A stretch of 64,000 nucleotides of DNA from the NCBI GenBank assembly GCA_014239775.1, contig JAAZYG010000005.1, forward strand, positions 6,746 through 70,745, in the 5' to 3' direction. How positions within the stretch are numbered: position 1 is the stretch's first letter; each line of letters starts with the position of its first letter. The stretch comes from Candidatus Uhrbacteria bacterium (lineage in GTDB: Bacteria > Patescibacteriota > Patescibacteriia > UBA9934 > GWF2-40-263). A model generated the notes under the pieces. It saw nothing but the letters and a program-made list of their open reading frames with translations. It was not told the DNA's origin and made no database searches. The translations under genes and the position numbers were made by a program. Below, piece after piece: positions 35,879 to 46,098 of this stretch.

Positions 35879-37117
35879 CTATTGTGTCACATCAGTTTCT
35901 TTCTCTCTGAGCAAATAATCAGATGGCTCATAAACATTACGTGCGTTCCACAGAATCCAACCAGATGCACCTGCGTCACGTGCAGCCCTAATCTGATCTT
36001 CTATAAGCACTGACGTATAAACTGCGCCTATATCAAAATCCTGTAGCCAGGGTCTAAATGACCTACGAACCTCTTTCTCTGTACCTGCATAAATACCTAA
36101 CACCCTTTTAACACCTTCATCAATTGACATCTTTACTATTGGATACGGAGTTTGTGCGGGATTTGAATATCCCTCAAAACCATTAGGGAAATGTGATGGA
36201 TAAACCATGGCAGAAGTCCAATCTGAATATGGAAATACATCAACCAAACGTTGACCTATATTAAAATCATCATATGACCAATACGTCATTCCAAACAGGT
36301 CAAAAGATACTGGTATACCCTCTTTTTTCATTGCACCACCAACTTTTTTAAAAAACTCTTGCATTATAGATACTTTTGTTTGTATACGATCATAAACAGG
36401 ATAAATAATTGCACTTATGGCTCCATCTGATGCAAAACGTACATAATCAAACTGCACCTCATCAAAACCTCTTGAATAAGCCTCTTTAGCTAGTGCAATC
36501 GCATAATCAGACACTTCACCAGCTGCTGGGTCTATCCAAACAGAACCAATATTGTCATACCAAAATCGTCCACTTGCAGATTTCAACGCAATCTCTGGAT
36601 GCACCTTTGCAAAAGCAGCATCACGCATAACTGGAATCCTGGCGATTCTATAAATATTTTTTTCATGCAATTCCTTAAGCAACCCATCCAAATCAGTGAT
36701 TGCTAATTTTTTTTGTGTATAAACCCTTAATTCCTCATCACTTGGTTCAAACGCAAGCTCTCCATTATCCATTTTTAAATCAATGACAGCAGTATTTAAA
36801 CCTGATTCAATCATGTAATCCAATAACTGTTTACCTTGTTGTGAACCAGCAGAATATGCAGTCCAATAAATACCCCGAACCTCATCTGGTAAATCAACTC
36901 TATTAATCTGAATATCAAGGCTTTCTTCTGATGTAGTATCTTTAGCCACATCAACCACTGCTTTTAGTCTTGGTTCTGATGATGTGTTCACATTATTTCT
37001 ATTACCAACTGAGAAAGCCCCTAATACAAATGGAATAAGAACCGTTACAACTAAAAACACGGGCACAAAATATATGTACCCATGTTTATCTTTTTTTTCT
37101 TTTGGGGACTCATCCAT
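35879..37117 (-). CDS. putative glycoside-hydrolase-like TIM-barrel protein with an N-terminal TM anchor
   Basis: N-terminal anchor followed by alternating beta/alpha patterning. I recognise no catalytic motif with confidence. Confidence 0.4.
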   Translation of the reverse strand: MDESPKEKKDKHGYIYFVPVFLVVTVLIPFVLGAFSVGNRNNVNTSSEPRLKAVVDVAKDTTSEESLDIQINRVDLPDEVRGIYWTAYSAGSQQGKQLLDYMIESGLNTAVIDLKMDNGELAFEPSDEELRVYTQKKLAITDLDGLLKELHEKNIYRIARIPVMRDAAFAKVHPEIALKSASGRFWYDNIGSVWIDPAAGEVSDYAIALAKEAYSRGFDEVQFDYVRFASDGAISAIIYPVYDRIQTKVSIMQEFFKKVGGAMKKEGIPVSFDLFGMTYWSYDDFNIGQRLVDVFPYSDWTSAMVYPSHFPNGFEGYSNPAQTPYPIVKMSIDEGVKRVLGIYAGTEKEVRRSFRPWLQDFDIGAVYTSVLIEDQIRAARDAGASGWILWNARNVYEPSDYLLREKETDVTQ

Positions 37118-37137
37118 ACCCCGTCATCCTATCACTA

Positions 37138-37779
37138 CTACTTATCTTCTACCAATACAGTGCTCATTATGTCACCAACCTGAATTTGATCAACAACATC
37201 CATACCTTCTAACACCTTACCAAAAATTGAATATGCCTTAGGTAACGGTGTGTCTCCTAACATTATAAAAAACTGTGAACCGTTTGTATTTGGACCACTA
37301 TTTGCCATTGCAACTATTCCACGATCATATCCATATTGATCATCTAGCTCATCTGCAAATGCATATCCTGGACCACCTGTTCCATTACCTGAAGGGTCAC
37401 CTCCTTGAATAACAAATCCCTCCTCTCTTCTGTGAAATGTTAAACTATTATAATAACCACCATTTGTTAAATATACGAAATTTGAAACAGTATTCGGTGC
37501 AGTTTCAGAAAACAACTCAAATACTATATCACCCTTGTTTGTTGTAATCTTTACTTTTTTATTAATAATTTCACTTTCATCTAACACTCCTTGAAATGTC
37601 CAATTTTCCATAACTTCTTCTTTTTCGGCATCGTTAAATTTATATGTTATCTCTTTTTCACCCTCCGAATCAGTAACAGCTGAATCCTTTGTTTCATCAA
37701 CTTCGTTATTCATTACAGAACATCCTGCACCTGTTAATACTAACCCTGTAACAAATAAACCTAAATAAAATCTTTTCAT
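37138..37779 (-). CDS. cyclophilin-type peptidyl-prolyl cis-trans isomerase lipoprotein
   Basis: LTGAGC lipobox and the cyclophilin core FHRREEGFVIQGGDP...GGPGY...MAN.GPNTNGSQFFI. Confidence 0.8.
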   Translation of the reverse strand: MKRFYLGLFVTGLVLTGAGCSVMNNEVDETKDSAVTDSEGEKEITYKFNDAEKEEVMENWTFQGVLDESEIINKKVKITTNKGDIVFELFSETAPNTVSNFVYLTNGGYYNSLTFHRREEGFVIQGGDPSGNGTGGPGYAFADELDDQYGYDRGIVAMANSGPNTNGSQFFIMLGDTPLPKAYSIFGKVLEGMDVVDQIQVGDIMSTVLVEDK

Positions 37780-37805
37780 ACGCTGCCATTATTGTAATTA
37801 AATAA

Positions 37806-38174
37806 TTAAATGTACAATAATGAATTAACAAATAAATTAGATAAAAGCAAGCCTGATAATACAGCAGCTGATATACCGAGTACAGCAACAACTCTTTTTG
37901 CTTTAAATGGAAGGTGTTCGCAATTAGAACATCCAGCCATATAAACAACCCTACAAGATACCTCAGGATCTTTTGAGTTTGATTTGATGTCCTTTAATAT
38001 TACCTCTACGTTTGGTTCTACAATAACCTGAGACATAATTTTCTTCGCAGCAGGCTTCTTACGTGCGACTTTTTTTGTTGCTACTTTCTTAGCAGCTACT
38101 TTCTTCGCAGCAGGCTTCTTACGTGCGACTTTTTTTGTTGCTTTTTTGATTGATGTTTTCTTTTTTGTTGGCAT
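37806..38174 (-). CDS. Lys/Ala-rich histone-H1-like N-terminal tail fused to a Cys-containing tail-anchored C-terminal region
   Basis: KKxAxKK 20-aa repeats in KKVARKKPAAKKVAAKKVATKKVARKKPAAKK. The C-terminus has CRVVYMAGCSNCEH and a hydrophobic helix. Confidence 0.5.
   Translation of the reverse strand: MPTKKKTSIKKATKKVARKKPAAKKVAAKKVATKKVARKKPAAKKIMSQVIVEPNVEVILKDIKSNSKDPEVSCRVVYMAGCSNCEHLPFKAKRVVAVLGISAAVLSGLLLSNLFVNSLLYI
38041..38141. repeat. perfect 41-bp direct duplication at a 60-bp period inside the Lys-rich gene
   Basis: ttcttcgcagcaggcttcttacgtgcgactttttttgttgc occurs at 38041-38081 and again at 38101-38141. Confidence 0.85.
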
Positions 38175-38248
38175 AACTCTCCTCTTAATTAATGAGCATT
38201 AAAACTTTTTTATATTATAACAAAATATTCTATTTCAGAAAAATATAA

Positions 38249-38698
38249 TTATTTAGACTTATACCCAATAGAAAATATTTTATTTTTTAACACACTTAGA
38301 TGTATAGAAATCACAGAACTATTAATTCCAAACACAGATGGTTGTACAATCCAACTCTTTAGATCTTCATCGAATGTATAAATAGCTAAATTTGAAATAC
38401 TAAATCCATCTAATATTAAATACTTCACATCAAACAACACATCTGCATTATAAGTTTCACCACCACCATCAACGTAAATATTATATATTGGTGAAATTAA
38501 TTTATCATCAACATATTTATCATCATAAATTTTTGATATTAAAACTTTACTTAAAATACTATTTACCTCAACATTATAATCTTCAGAAACTGATACATTA
38601 CGCTCCGGGACATGACTAGTTACGAAAATTATAGACCCAATAAAAATAAAAGCGACTATTGCCGCAATTATAATGTTATTAACCCCCCTACGCTTCAT
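38249..38698 (-). CDS. hypothetical secreted or anchored protein
   Basis: N-terminal TM or signal helix. ORF only. Confidence 0.35.
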   Translation of the reverse strand: MKRRGVNNIIIAAIVAFIFIGSIIFVTSHVPERNVSVSEDYNVEVNSILSKVLISKIYDDKYVDDKLISPIYNIYVDGGGETYNADVLFDVKYLILDGFSISNLAIYTFDEDLKSWIVQPSVFGINSSVISIHLSVLKNKIFSIGYKSK

Positions 38699-38712
38699 AT
38701 ACTAAAATTGTA

Positions 38713-39759
38713 TCACACCTGAGACACTTCCCACGGAAAACCCTCTCTGCCAAAATGACCGTAAACAGCAGTTTGTCTGTAAATAGATTGTCTTAATCCT
38801 AAACGTTCAACTATGGCCTCTGGTCGAAAATCAAACTTATCTTTTATTAAATTTGTTAAATCTGTTTTTGCACCTCGTGACTTTTCTGACATGCCTATAG
38901 CATGTATGTGAACTGGATCAGCTTGACCCATTGCGTACACAAGATTGATCATTGCACTCTTGCATAACTCTTGCTCAACTAGATATCTAGCGACATAACG
39001 AGCCATATATGCACCAGCCCTATCAACTCTCATAGGATCTTTACCGGATAAAGAAAAATCACCATGTGGAATTAAGCCGCCATACGTATCAACAGCAACT
39101 TTTGATCCACTAACACCGGAATCGGCTCTAAATCCAATAATTGTAAATGGCCCTAATGGATTAATTATAATTTTTAAACCATTATCACCTACAAGCGGCT
39201 CAATTAACCGCTCAAGAAGTGCTGTTTGTACATTTTTTTCAGTTACATTTAAATGATGTGAGGCCAATATTGTAATTGACTTTACTTCATTTTTTTCCAT
39301 TACAATCTGAACCTTTCCATCAGGTCTCAACCATGAAAAAGATGGGTCTATTTTTCTAAGATCATCAATTCTTCGTACAAAATTATGAGCAAATACAACC
39401 GGATGTGGCAACATTTCTCTTGTCTGTGATGTAGCATATCCATTTATAACTACATTATCTGTAACACCATTTTTAACACGCTTCATTTCTTCAGACTGAT
39501 CATCTACATTTACAAAAACCTCTATTTCATCTGTATAACCTATATCTCTATATACATTTTTTGCAAGCTCTCCAATATCAAAATCTGCGTCAGAATTAAC
39601 CTCACCGCCTATCATTAACATACCGTGACTGCCTAGTACATTAATATCTATACTTGCAGTTTTATCACGCTTTATGTATTCATCCACGATCGCATCAGCA
39701 ATTTGATCGCATACCTTGTCTGGATTACCAGACATGACTGATTCAAAAGATTTTCTCAT
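38713..39759 (-). CDS. metK: S-adenosylmethionine synthetase (short form)
   Basis: N-terminal FESVMSGNPDKVCDQIADAIVD and the GDFSLSGKDPMRVDRAGAY motif, which corresponds to GGGAFSGKDxTKVDRS. Confidence 0.75.
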   Translation of the reverse strand: MRKSFESVMSGNPDKVCDQIADAIVDEYIKRDKTASIDINVLGSHGMLMIGGEVNSDADFDIGELAKNVYRDIGYTDEIEVFVNVDDQSEEMKRVKNGVTDNVVINGYATSQTREMLPHPVVFAHNFVRRIDDLRKIDPSFSWLRPDGKVQIVMEKNEVKSITILASHHLNVTEKNVQTALLERLIEPLVGDNGLKIIINPLGPFTIIGFRADSGVSGSKVAVDTYGGLIPHGDFSLSGKDPMRVDRAGAYMARYVARYLVEQELCKSAMINLVYAMGQADPVHIHAIGMSEKSRGAKTDLTNLIKDKFDFRPEAIVERLGLRQSIYRQTAVYGHFGREGFPWEVSQV

Positions 39760-39850
39760 ATGTGTTAACGAATTTTATCACACTTACATATACACCAAAT
39801 TATTAAGTACACACTTAGTATATACAGTGTTATCCACACTGATATATTGC

Positions 39851-39892
39851 GTTCGTTTTTTGTTCGGTCTATAATACGAACATAATACGAAC
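39851..39892. promoter_or_regulatory. candidate LexA operator overlapping a -10 element
   Basis: GTTC-gtttttt-GTTC (39851-39865), then TATAAT (39870-39875), then GAAC-ataatac-GAAC (39878-39892). It lies 11 bp upstream of the lexA ATG in the metK/lexA divergent region. Confidence 0.4.
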
Positions 39893-39902
39893 ACATAAAC
39901 AT

Positions 39903-40517
39903 ATGCCTTATCTAACAAAGAAACAGACAGAGATACTTCGATACATAAAATCTCATCTGCAAGACAATGGATACGCTCCTTCCTACAGAGAAATCGGTGA
40001 GTATTTTGGTCTTTCTTCCCCAGCCACAATACACTCACACATTCAAACACTTGTTGAAAAAGGAGAAATTCAAATAGGTGAAGAAGGAGAGGCTAGATCA
40101 ATAGAATTGGTTCAATCAGAGCCATTTGCAATGGCTGTAATGCTTCCAATGGCAGGGCTTATTACCGCTGGAACACCAATAGAAGCTGTTGAACAAAATG
40201 AAGCGATGGCTGTACCTGCACAATTTGTAGTAGATGGAGCAAATTCCTATGTCCTACAAGTAAAAGGCAGGTCCATGATTGAAGATGGGATATTAGATGG
40301 AGATTTTGTTGTAATAGAAAGAAACCCATCTCCAAAAAATGGAGAAGTTGTTGTGGCATTATTAGATAATGCATACGCAACACTCAAACGATTCTACAGA
40401 GAAAAAAACCAAATTAGATTACAACCAGCAAATAGCTCAATGGATCCAATCTATGTACAAGATTGCATAATACAAGGAGTTGTACGTGCTGTAATAAGAA
40501 AATTTCAACCTGTGTAG
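39903..40517 (+). CDS. lexA: LexA repressor (S24 peptidase)
   Basis: N-terminal wHTH LTKKQTEILRYI...GYAPSYREIG. The Ser nucleophile is in VKGRSMIEDGI and the Lys is in ATLKRFY. Confidence 0.85.
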   Translation: MPYLTKKQTEILRYIKSHLQDNGYAPSYREIGEYFGLSSPATIHSHIQTLVEKGEIQIGEEGEARSIELVQSEPFAMAVMLPMAGLITAGTPIEAVEQNEAMAVPAQFVVDGANSYVLQVKGRSMIEDGILDGDFVVIERNPSPKNGEVVVALLDNAYATLKRFYREKNQIRLQPANSSMDPIYVQDCIIQGVVRAVIRKFQPV

Positions 40518-40789
40518 CATTAAATAAAAAATGAACTGTCGTCCGGCAAGACAATAACAGTTCATTTAACAAAACCACATACTATAAATAAAAATATGTA
40601 TACTAGCGGCTTTTAAATTATAAATAAAAAAAAATTAAATTTCAAATATGTCTACCCTATCAATAAAGTACTATCCAGCCACATTGTCATACCTAACACA
40701 CAGACGTGACAGACAGTTCTCAAAATCAATGAAACTTATAAAAATACGAGCTAGTAGAAGACAAATAAAAAAAATAATCCGAAGTATAT

Positions 40790-41038
40790 ATGCATGAAGT
40801 AATAAATGACCCAATTGATGTAATGGTTTCTTTTACTGAAAATAAAGTTATACCAAAACTATTTAAATGGAATAAACGAAATTATAAAATAGAAACTATT
40901 AATCTTGTGCACACAAAAATGGAAGGAAAGAAAAAAATATTCTACTTTTCCGTTTCTGACTTAACAAATTATTTTAAATTAAAACTAGATACAGATTGCC
41001 TAGAATGGCACTTAATCGAATTATACACAGATGGATAA
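40790..41038 (+). CDS. hypothetical 82-aa protein between lexA and dinB
   Basis: ORF only. Its position upstream of the Y-family polymerase gene is reminiscent of the small accessory proteins of UmuC-like polymerases, but this is speculative. Confidence 0.3.
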   Translation: MHEVINDPIDVMVSFTENKVIPKLFKWNKRNYKIETINLVHTKMEGKKKIFYFSVSDLTNYFKLKLDTDCLEWHLIELYTDG

Positions 41039-41065
41039 ACAAATAAACCTAGACTAAAAGCATTT

Positions 41066-42271
41066 ATGAATAAAATTATCATGCACATTGATATGAATGC
41101 ATATTTTGCATCAGTAGAACAACAAGCTAATCCTTTTTTAAGAAATAAACCAATTGGTATTATTGGTAAAAATGAAAAAAGGTCCGTAATATCAGCAGCA
41201 TCATATCAAGCCAAACAACTTGGTGTTAAAACAGCAATGTCTACTTGGCAAGCAAAAAACATTTGCCCATCAATAATCTTATATCCGGGAGATCCTGATA
41301 AATATAAATACGTAATGAATAAATTTAATAATATCTTTAGTGAGTTTACAGATAAAATAGAGATATTTAGCATTGATGAAAGTTTTTTAGATATTACAGA
41401 TACTGCAGAAGATTATTTTGGGGCAATATTCCTAGCACAAACAATCAGAGAGCGCCTAAAAGAAGAATTAGGTGATTACATAACAGCATCTATAGGAATA
41501 AGCTCAAATAAACTAATGTCAAAATTATCATCAGAAAAAGTTAAACCAAATGGAATAACAGTTACAAGACCAAAAAATATAAAAAAAGTACTATTTAGCT
41601 CTGAACTTGAAGATTTGTGTGGATTAGGTAAAAACACAAAGCATAAATTAAATGAAATGGGTATATATAATTTTGAACAACTTAGCAAAACACCACTTTG
41701 GACCTTAAAAAAAGAATTTAAAAGCAAAGGATTATGGCTTTATAATTCCTCAAATGGAATAAAAAATGATGCTGATATAGAACCTGAAAATAATTCTGAA
41801 CAAAAATCAATAAGTAACACCAACACAATGCAGATAGATACACTTGATGAAAAAATATTAAAACAAAATTTATCTAAATTATCTGAAAAAACTGCATACA
41901 AATTAAGATCTATCAATGCAACATCTAAAACTCTAGTGCTAAAAATTAGGTTTGATGATTTTTCTAATTTTACACATCAAATAACCCTAAACAAAGGGAC
42001 TAATGATGGAATTATTATATTTAAAAATACATGGAACATGCTTTCTAAAAAAATAAATAATTCAAAAAAAATACGCCAAATAGGCATATCTGCAAAATCT
42101 CTACTTACGGGACAATGCCAACAATCAATATTTAAAAAGGATAGAAAAAATGAATCCGCACTTAATGCACTAGACAGTCTTCAAAAAAAATATGGAAAAA
42201 ACACATGGAAACGTGCATTAATTAATTCTACACAACTAAGTACAGTATCTAGTGGTTTCTATCATAAATAA
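41066..42271 (+). CDS. dinB: Y-family DNA polymerase IV
   Basis: IMHIDMNAYFASVEQ (catalytic Asp), SIDESFLDIT (D/E pair), and little-finger-length C-terminus. Confidence 0.8.
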   Translation: MNKIIMHIDMNAYFASVEQQANPFLRNKPIGIIGKNEKRSVISAASYQAKQLGVKTAMSTWQAKNICPSIILYPGDPDKYKYVMNKFNNIFSEFTDKIEIFSIDESFLDITDTAEDYFGAIFLAQTIRERLKEELGDYITASIGISSNKLMSKLSSEKVKPNGITVTRPKNIKKVLFSSELEDLCGLGKNTKHKLNEMGIYNFEQLSKTPLWTLKKEFKSKGLWLYNSSNGIKNDADIEPENNSEQKSISNTNTMQIDTLDEKILKQNLSKLSEKTAYKLRSINATSKTLVLKIRFDDFSNFTHQITLNKGTNDGIIIFKNTWNMLSKKINNSKKIRQIGISAKSLLTGQCQQSIFKKDRKNESALNALDSLQKKYGKNTWKRALINSTQLSTVSSGFYHK

Positions 42272-42823
42272 TTATTTACCAAATTCACCCACTACAATAT
42301 GATTTTGTGGATCTGTGCTTCCATTGTATTTCTGTAACGTAATAACAACCTTTGCATAAGTAGAATAATTATCATCAACATCCTCTGCACCCCATTCAAT
42401 AACAAATTCCCCATCGTCATTGGTAACCATTTCACCAATTGAAATATACTTATATGGAAGCTGGCTTAATAACCAAACTTCATAAAAATATTCTTCTCTA
42501 TTAATTTCAGGTAATACAGACTTTATTTCCAAAAAATATTTTTTATCCTTTGTTCCACGCTTTGCCAATCCAATATCAGATCCATCCATATATAAAATTG
42601 CCTCAGATGATTCTGTGTCGATTGCACCACTAATTACGGCCTGAGAAATTGGATCAGGTTTTAGTATATTTATAATTGAATCAACATTAGATTCTTTTAT
42701 TGACTTAGACCCCCTAAACCACCTTACAGAAAAAATAAATATTATAAATAATACCAATACTATCAGCAATATAAATGTACTAGATTTAATTTTATTTTTA
42801 TTATTTCTATAATTTCTAGCCAT
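42272..42823 (-). CDS. hypothetical membrane-anchored protein
   Basis: N-terminal TM helix followed by a beta-rich domain. Confidence 0.35.
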   Translation of the reverse strand: MARNYRNNKNKIKSSTFILLIVLVLFIIFIFSVRWFRGSKSIKESNVDSIINILKPDPISQAVISGAIDTESSEAILYMDGSDIGLAKRGTKDKKYFLEIKSVLPEINREEYFYEVWLLSQLPYKYISIGEMVTNDDGEFVIEWGAEDVDDNYSTYAKVVITLQKYNGSTDPQNHIVVGEFGK

Positions 42824-42829
42824 ATTTTA

Positions 42830-43969
42830 CTAATCAATAACCACAGCACGAGCCACAGTTTCTACAACAGCATTGTTTAACAATGAAGGAATTATCATGT
42901 TAGAATTTGGATTTTTTACCATAGCTGCCAAATTAAATGCTGCTGAAAGTCTTACGTCAGATGTTATTTTCTTGTGTTTTGAACCCATAACCCCCTTAAA
43001 TACACCAGGAAATACAAGTGCGTTGTTAATTTGATTAGGTAAATCCGAACGTCCAGTTGCAACAACAGCAGCCCCAGCTTCTTTTGCTGCTTGTGGATCA
43101 ATTTCAGGAACAGGGTTTGATAACGCAAATATAACAGGATCCACGTTCATACTTAAAACCATTTCCTTTGTAAGAATACTTGGCTTACTTACACCAATAA
43201 ATACATCTGAATTTTTAATTGCATCAATAAGTTTAACGGAAGGTTTTTTAGAATTTATTAAAATTGCAGTATCCTTCTTATATTTATTAAGGTCGCTTCT
43301 ATTAGTAGTTAATGTGCCGCGTGAATCAAGAATCTTTATTTTCTTGACACCGGCATTTAACAAAAGATTAGACACCCCAAGACCAGCAGCCCCAGCACCA
43401 GAAATTACCACAGAAATCTTATCTAGCTTTTTATCAACAACTTTTAAGGCATTAATCAAACCGGCCAATACAACTATGGCGGTTCCATGCTGATCATCGT
43501 GCATAACAGGTATATCAAGCTCTTCGATAAGCCTTTCTTCTATTTCAAAACATCTTGGAGCAGATATATCTTCAAGATTTATACCTCCAAATCCTGGAGA
43601 AATGTTCTTAATTGTAAGAATAATTTCTTCAACATCTTGCGTATCTAAGCAGATTGGATACGCATCTATGTTTGCAAAATGTTTAAATAAGATAGCTTTA
43701 CCTTCCATAACAGGCAAAGCAGCTTCTGGCCCAATATTTCCAAGACCCAAAACTGACGAACCATCAGTTATAACGGCCACTGATCTATTTTTAATCGTTA
43801 ACTCATTCACCTTACTGGGATCAGAGGCAATAACTCTACAAGGCTCTGCCACACCTGGTGTATAGGCAACAGAAAGATCATCAAGATTACTTAATGGAAA
43901 TATAGATTTTATTTCCAATTTTCCTTTATGTTTCTGGTGTAGATCTAAAGACATCTTATCAAAATTCAT
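42830..43969 (-). CDS. malic enzyme (NAD(P)-dependent malate dehydrogenase, decarboxylating; short prokaryotic form)
   Basis: N-terminus LSVAYTPGVAEPC and the Rossmann motif VVISGAGAAG. Confidence 0.8.
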   Translation of the reverse strand: MNFDKMSLDLHQKHKGKLEIKSIFPLSNLDDLSVAYTPGVAEPCRVIASDPSKVNELTIKNRSVAVITDGSSVLGLGNIGPEAALPVMEGKAILFKHFANIDAYPICLDTQDVEEIILTIKNISPGFGGINLEDISAPRCFEIEERLIEELDIPVMHDDQHGTAIVVLAGLINALKVVDKKLDKISVVISGAGAAGLGVSNLLLNAGVKKIKILDSRGTLTTNRSDLNKYKKDTAILINSKKPSVKLIDAIKNSDVFIGVSKPSILTKEMVLSMNVDPVIFALSNPVPEIDPQAAKEAGAAVVATGRSDLPNQINNALVFPGVFKGVMGSKHKKITSDVRLSAAFNLAAMVKNPNSNMIIPSLLNNAVVETVARAVVID

Positions 43970-46065
43970 AATTCATCTATATCTCTTAAAAAACTAAGAT
44001 CGTTTATTTTTTTTTCTTCAATTGCATCACCCAATTTATTAAAAATAATTGTGGGCTCATCATGAAAATCACCACCAAATCCATTAACATGACTCTTTAC
44101 TTTCTTTAGTTTAACACTATTAAATAAACAATCTGGCAATTCTTGTAAAAACATAGATGGTTGTGACATAACCATCGAATCATACCCTGATGTAAGTGAA
44201 TATGTATAATATAGTCTATTACGCGCTCTTGTGGTTGCAACATAAAATAATCTTCTTTCTTCTTCGAGACCACCTTCCTCATCAAGTGCTCTTTGATTTG
44301 GAAACTTACCGTCCACAAGACTCATAACAAAAACAGCATCCCATTCCAGACCCTTTGATTGATGTATTGTAGATAAAACAATCTTATCCTTATAAAAAAG
44401 TGAATCCTTTGTATCAACACTGTCGTAATCAGAAACAAGTGATATTTCATCCAAAAACAACCTCAAATCTGAGTACCCCTCGGAAAAAATTGCAAATTGC
44501 TCTACGTCATCAATACGATCTAAATAATCTGCATATTCATTCTCTAAATAATCTCTATAATCACCAACAACAACAGCTCTAATTAAATCCGAAGGTAGTT
44601 GTTGAATGTTTATTTTATTTAACGTTCTACACAACGTATCCCAGCCAGACTGTGCCCTTTTTGAAAGTTTAATAGATGAATTTATAACCTCATCTATGTT
44701 TTTGCACGATCTAACTTCATTAATAATTTTCTGTGCCGTAACAAGACCTATACCAGTCTGCAATCCTAATACTCGCATCCATGCAGATTCATCTTTTATA
44801 TTTAATTTTATTCTTAAATGACAAATAATATCCTTGACATGTGCTCTTTCAAAAAACTTTAACCCACCCCTATACTCATAAGGTATGTCTCTTTTCATAA
44901 GCTCAAACTCGAGAGCTTGTGAATGAAAAGCTGCGCGAAACAATACTGCGATATTATTCAAACTCATTCCATCATTATTTAATTTTAAAATTTCTTTACA
45001 TATAAACTCTGCTTCTTGTTTTGCTGTAGATGCAGGGACAATGCTTGGCAGGTTATCTGACTCACACACTGCAGATAAATCCTTTTTAAACTGATCCGCA
45101 TTGTTTTCAATAGATGTATTTGCAATTTCTAATATTTCTGGAGTCGAACGATAGTTAGTTGTTAATTTATATGTATTTGATGGAGAATATGTGTTTGAAA
45201 AATCTAAAATATTTTTAATTTGTGCTGCACGAAATGAATAAATAGACTGAGCATCATCACCAACAACAATCAAATTACCATGCACAGACGACAACTCTTT
45301 GACAATCTGAGCTTGTATTATATTAGTATCTTGAAATTCATCAACAAGAACATGATGAAACTTATTAGCCAAACTAAATCTAATACTTTTGTTGTTTTGC
45401 AATAAATCTCTTAATCCAATCAATAAATCATCGAAATCAACAGAATCAGCCTGCTTCTTTCGTGCTGTATAAATCTCCTCAATACGCTCAAAAGAAGGAA
45501 TTAAATCAAAAAAACTTGAGTACTTCTTCTCAACCACTTCCTTTATTGATAATCCTGAATTACGAGAATAACTAATAATAGAGTTAATCTTTGAAGGTGA
45601 AGGAAACTTACGACCAGAAGTGTCAATATTCAAATCCTTGATACACACCCTAATTAAAGTTTTCACATCATCTTGATCTATTATAGTAAAGTTTGGAGAC
45701 AAACCAATTACAGATGAATGAGTCCTTAAAATCCTATTTGCAACAGAGTGAAAAGTACCTCCCCACAATCCAACTGGATGTGCACCTAGTAAAGTTTCTA
45801 CTCTATTCAACATCTCCTTTGCTGCCTTATTTGTAAAAGTTAAAAGTAAAATATTAGTAGGCAGCACCCCTTGATCAATTAAATATGCCACTCTGTAAGT
45901 TATGGTTCTTGTTTTTCCAGACCCAGCACCAGCCAACACCAAACCAGCACCATCACCGCTCAATACTACAGCTAACTGTTCTGAATTTAGCTCAGTCTTA
46001 TAGTTAATTGAGGAGTTTTTGATTGTTTTACTATTCATACCCATATTAATCATAACAAGTTGCAT
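43966..46065 (-). CDS. UvrD/PcrA/Rep-family superfamily-1 DNA helicase
   Basis: Walker A VLAGAGSGKTRT, motif II VLVDEFQDTN, and motifs V/VI VATTRARNRLY. The true start is probably the internal MNSKT. Confidence 0.8.
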   Translation of the reverse strand: MQLVMINMGMNSKTIKNSSINYKTELNSEQLAVVLSGDGAGLVLAGAGSGKTRTITYRVAYLIDQGVLPTNILLLTFTNKAAKEMLNRVETLLGAHPVGLWGGTFHSVANRILRTHSSVIGLSPNFTIIDQDDVKTLIRVCIKDLNIDTSGRKFPSPSKINSIISYSRNSGLSIKEVVEKKYSSFFDLIPSFERIEEIYTARKKQADSVDFDDLLIGLRDLLQNNKSIRFSLANKFHHVLVDEFQDTNIIQAQIVKELSSVHGNLIVVGDDAQSIYSFRAAQIKNILDFSNTYSPSNTYKLTTNYRSTPEILEIANTSIENNADQFKKDLSAVCESDNLPSIVPASTAKQEAEFICKEILKLNNDGMSLNNIAVLFRAAFHSQALEFELMKRDIPYEYRGGLKFFERAHVKDIICHLRIKLNIKDESAWMRVLGLQTGIGLVTAQKIINEVRSCKNIDEVINSSIKLSKRAQSGWDTLCRTLNKINIQQLPSDLIRAVVVGDYRDYLENEYADYLDRIDDVEQFAIFSEGYSDLRLFLDEISLVSDYDSVDTKDSLFYKDKIVLSTIHQSKGLEWDAVFVMSLVDGKFPNQRALDEEGGLEEERRLFYVATTRARNRLYYTYSLTSGYDSMVMSQPSMFLQELPDCLFNSVKLKKVKSHVNGFGGDFHDEPTIIFNKLGDAIEEKKINDLSFLRDIDEL

Positions 46066-46072
46066 TCTACCA

Positions 46073-46098
46073 CAAAATAAAAAAAGCCCGTTTGGGCT
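46073..46098 (-). terminator. intrinsic terminator after the 405-aa ORF
   Basis: The minus strand reads agccc-aaac-gggct followed by a T-run (the plus-strand A-run at 46075-46085). Confidence 0.45.

Noticed and set aside
39784-40050. Minus-strand 88-aa ORF overlapping the lexA promoter and 5' end.
   Set aside because: It overlaps a confidently identified gene and its operator region. The ORF is an antisense artefact.
40518-40789. Second LexA box upstream of the sORF/dinB.
   Set aside because: Only GAAC-N23-GTTC within a hairpin is seen, with no GTTC-N7-GTTC. dinB is more likely regulated by read-through from lexA.
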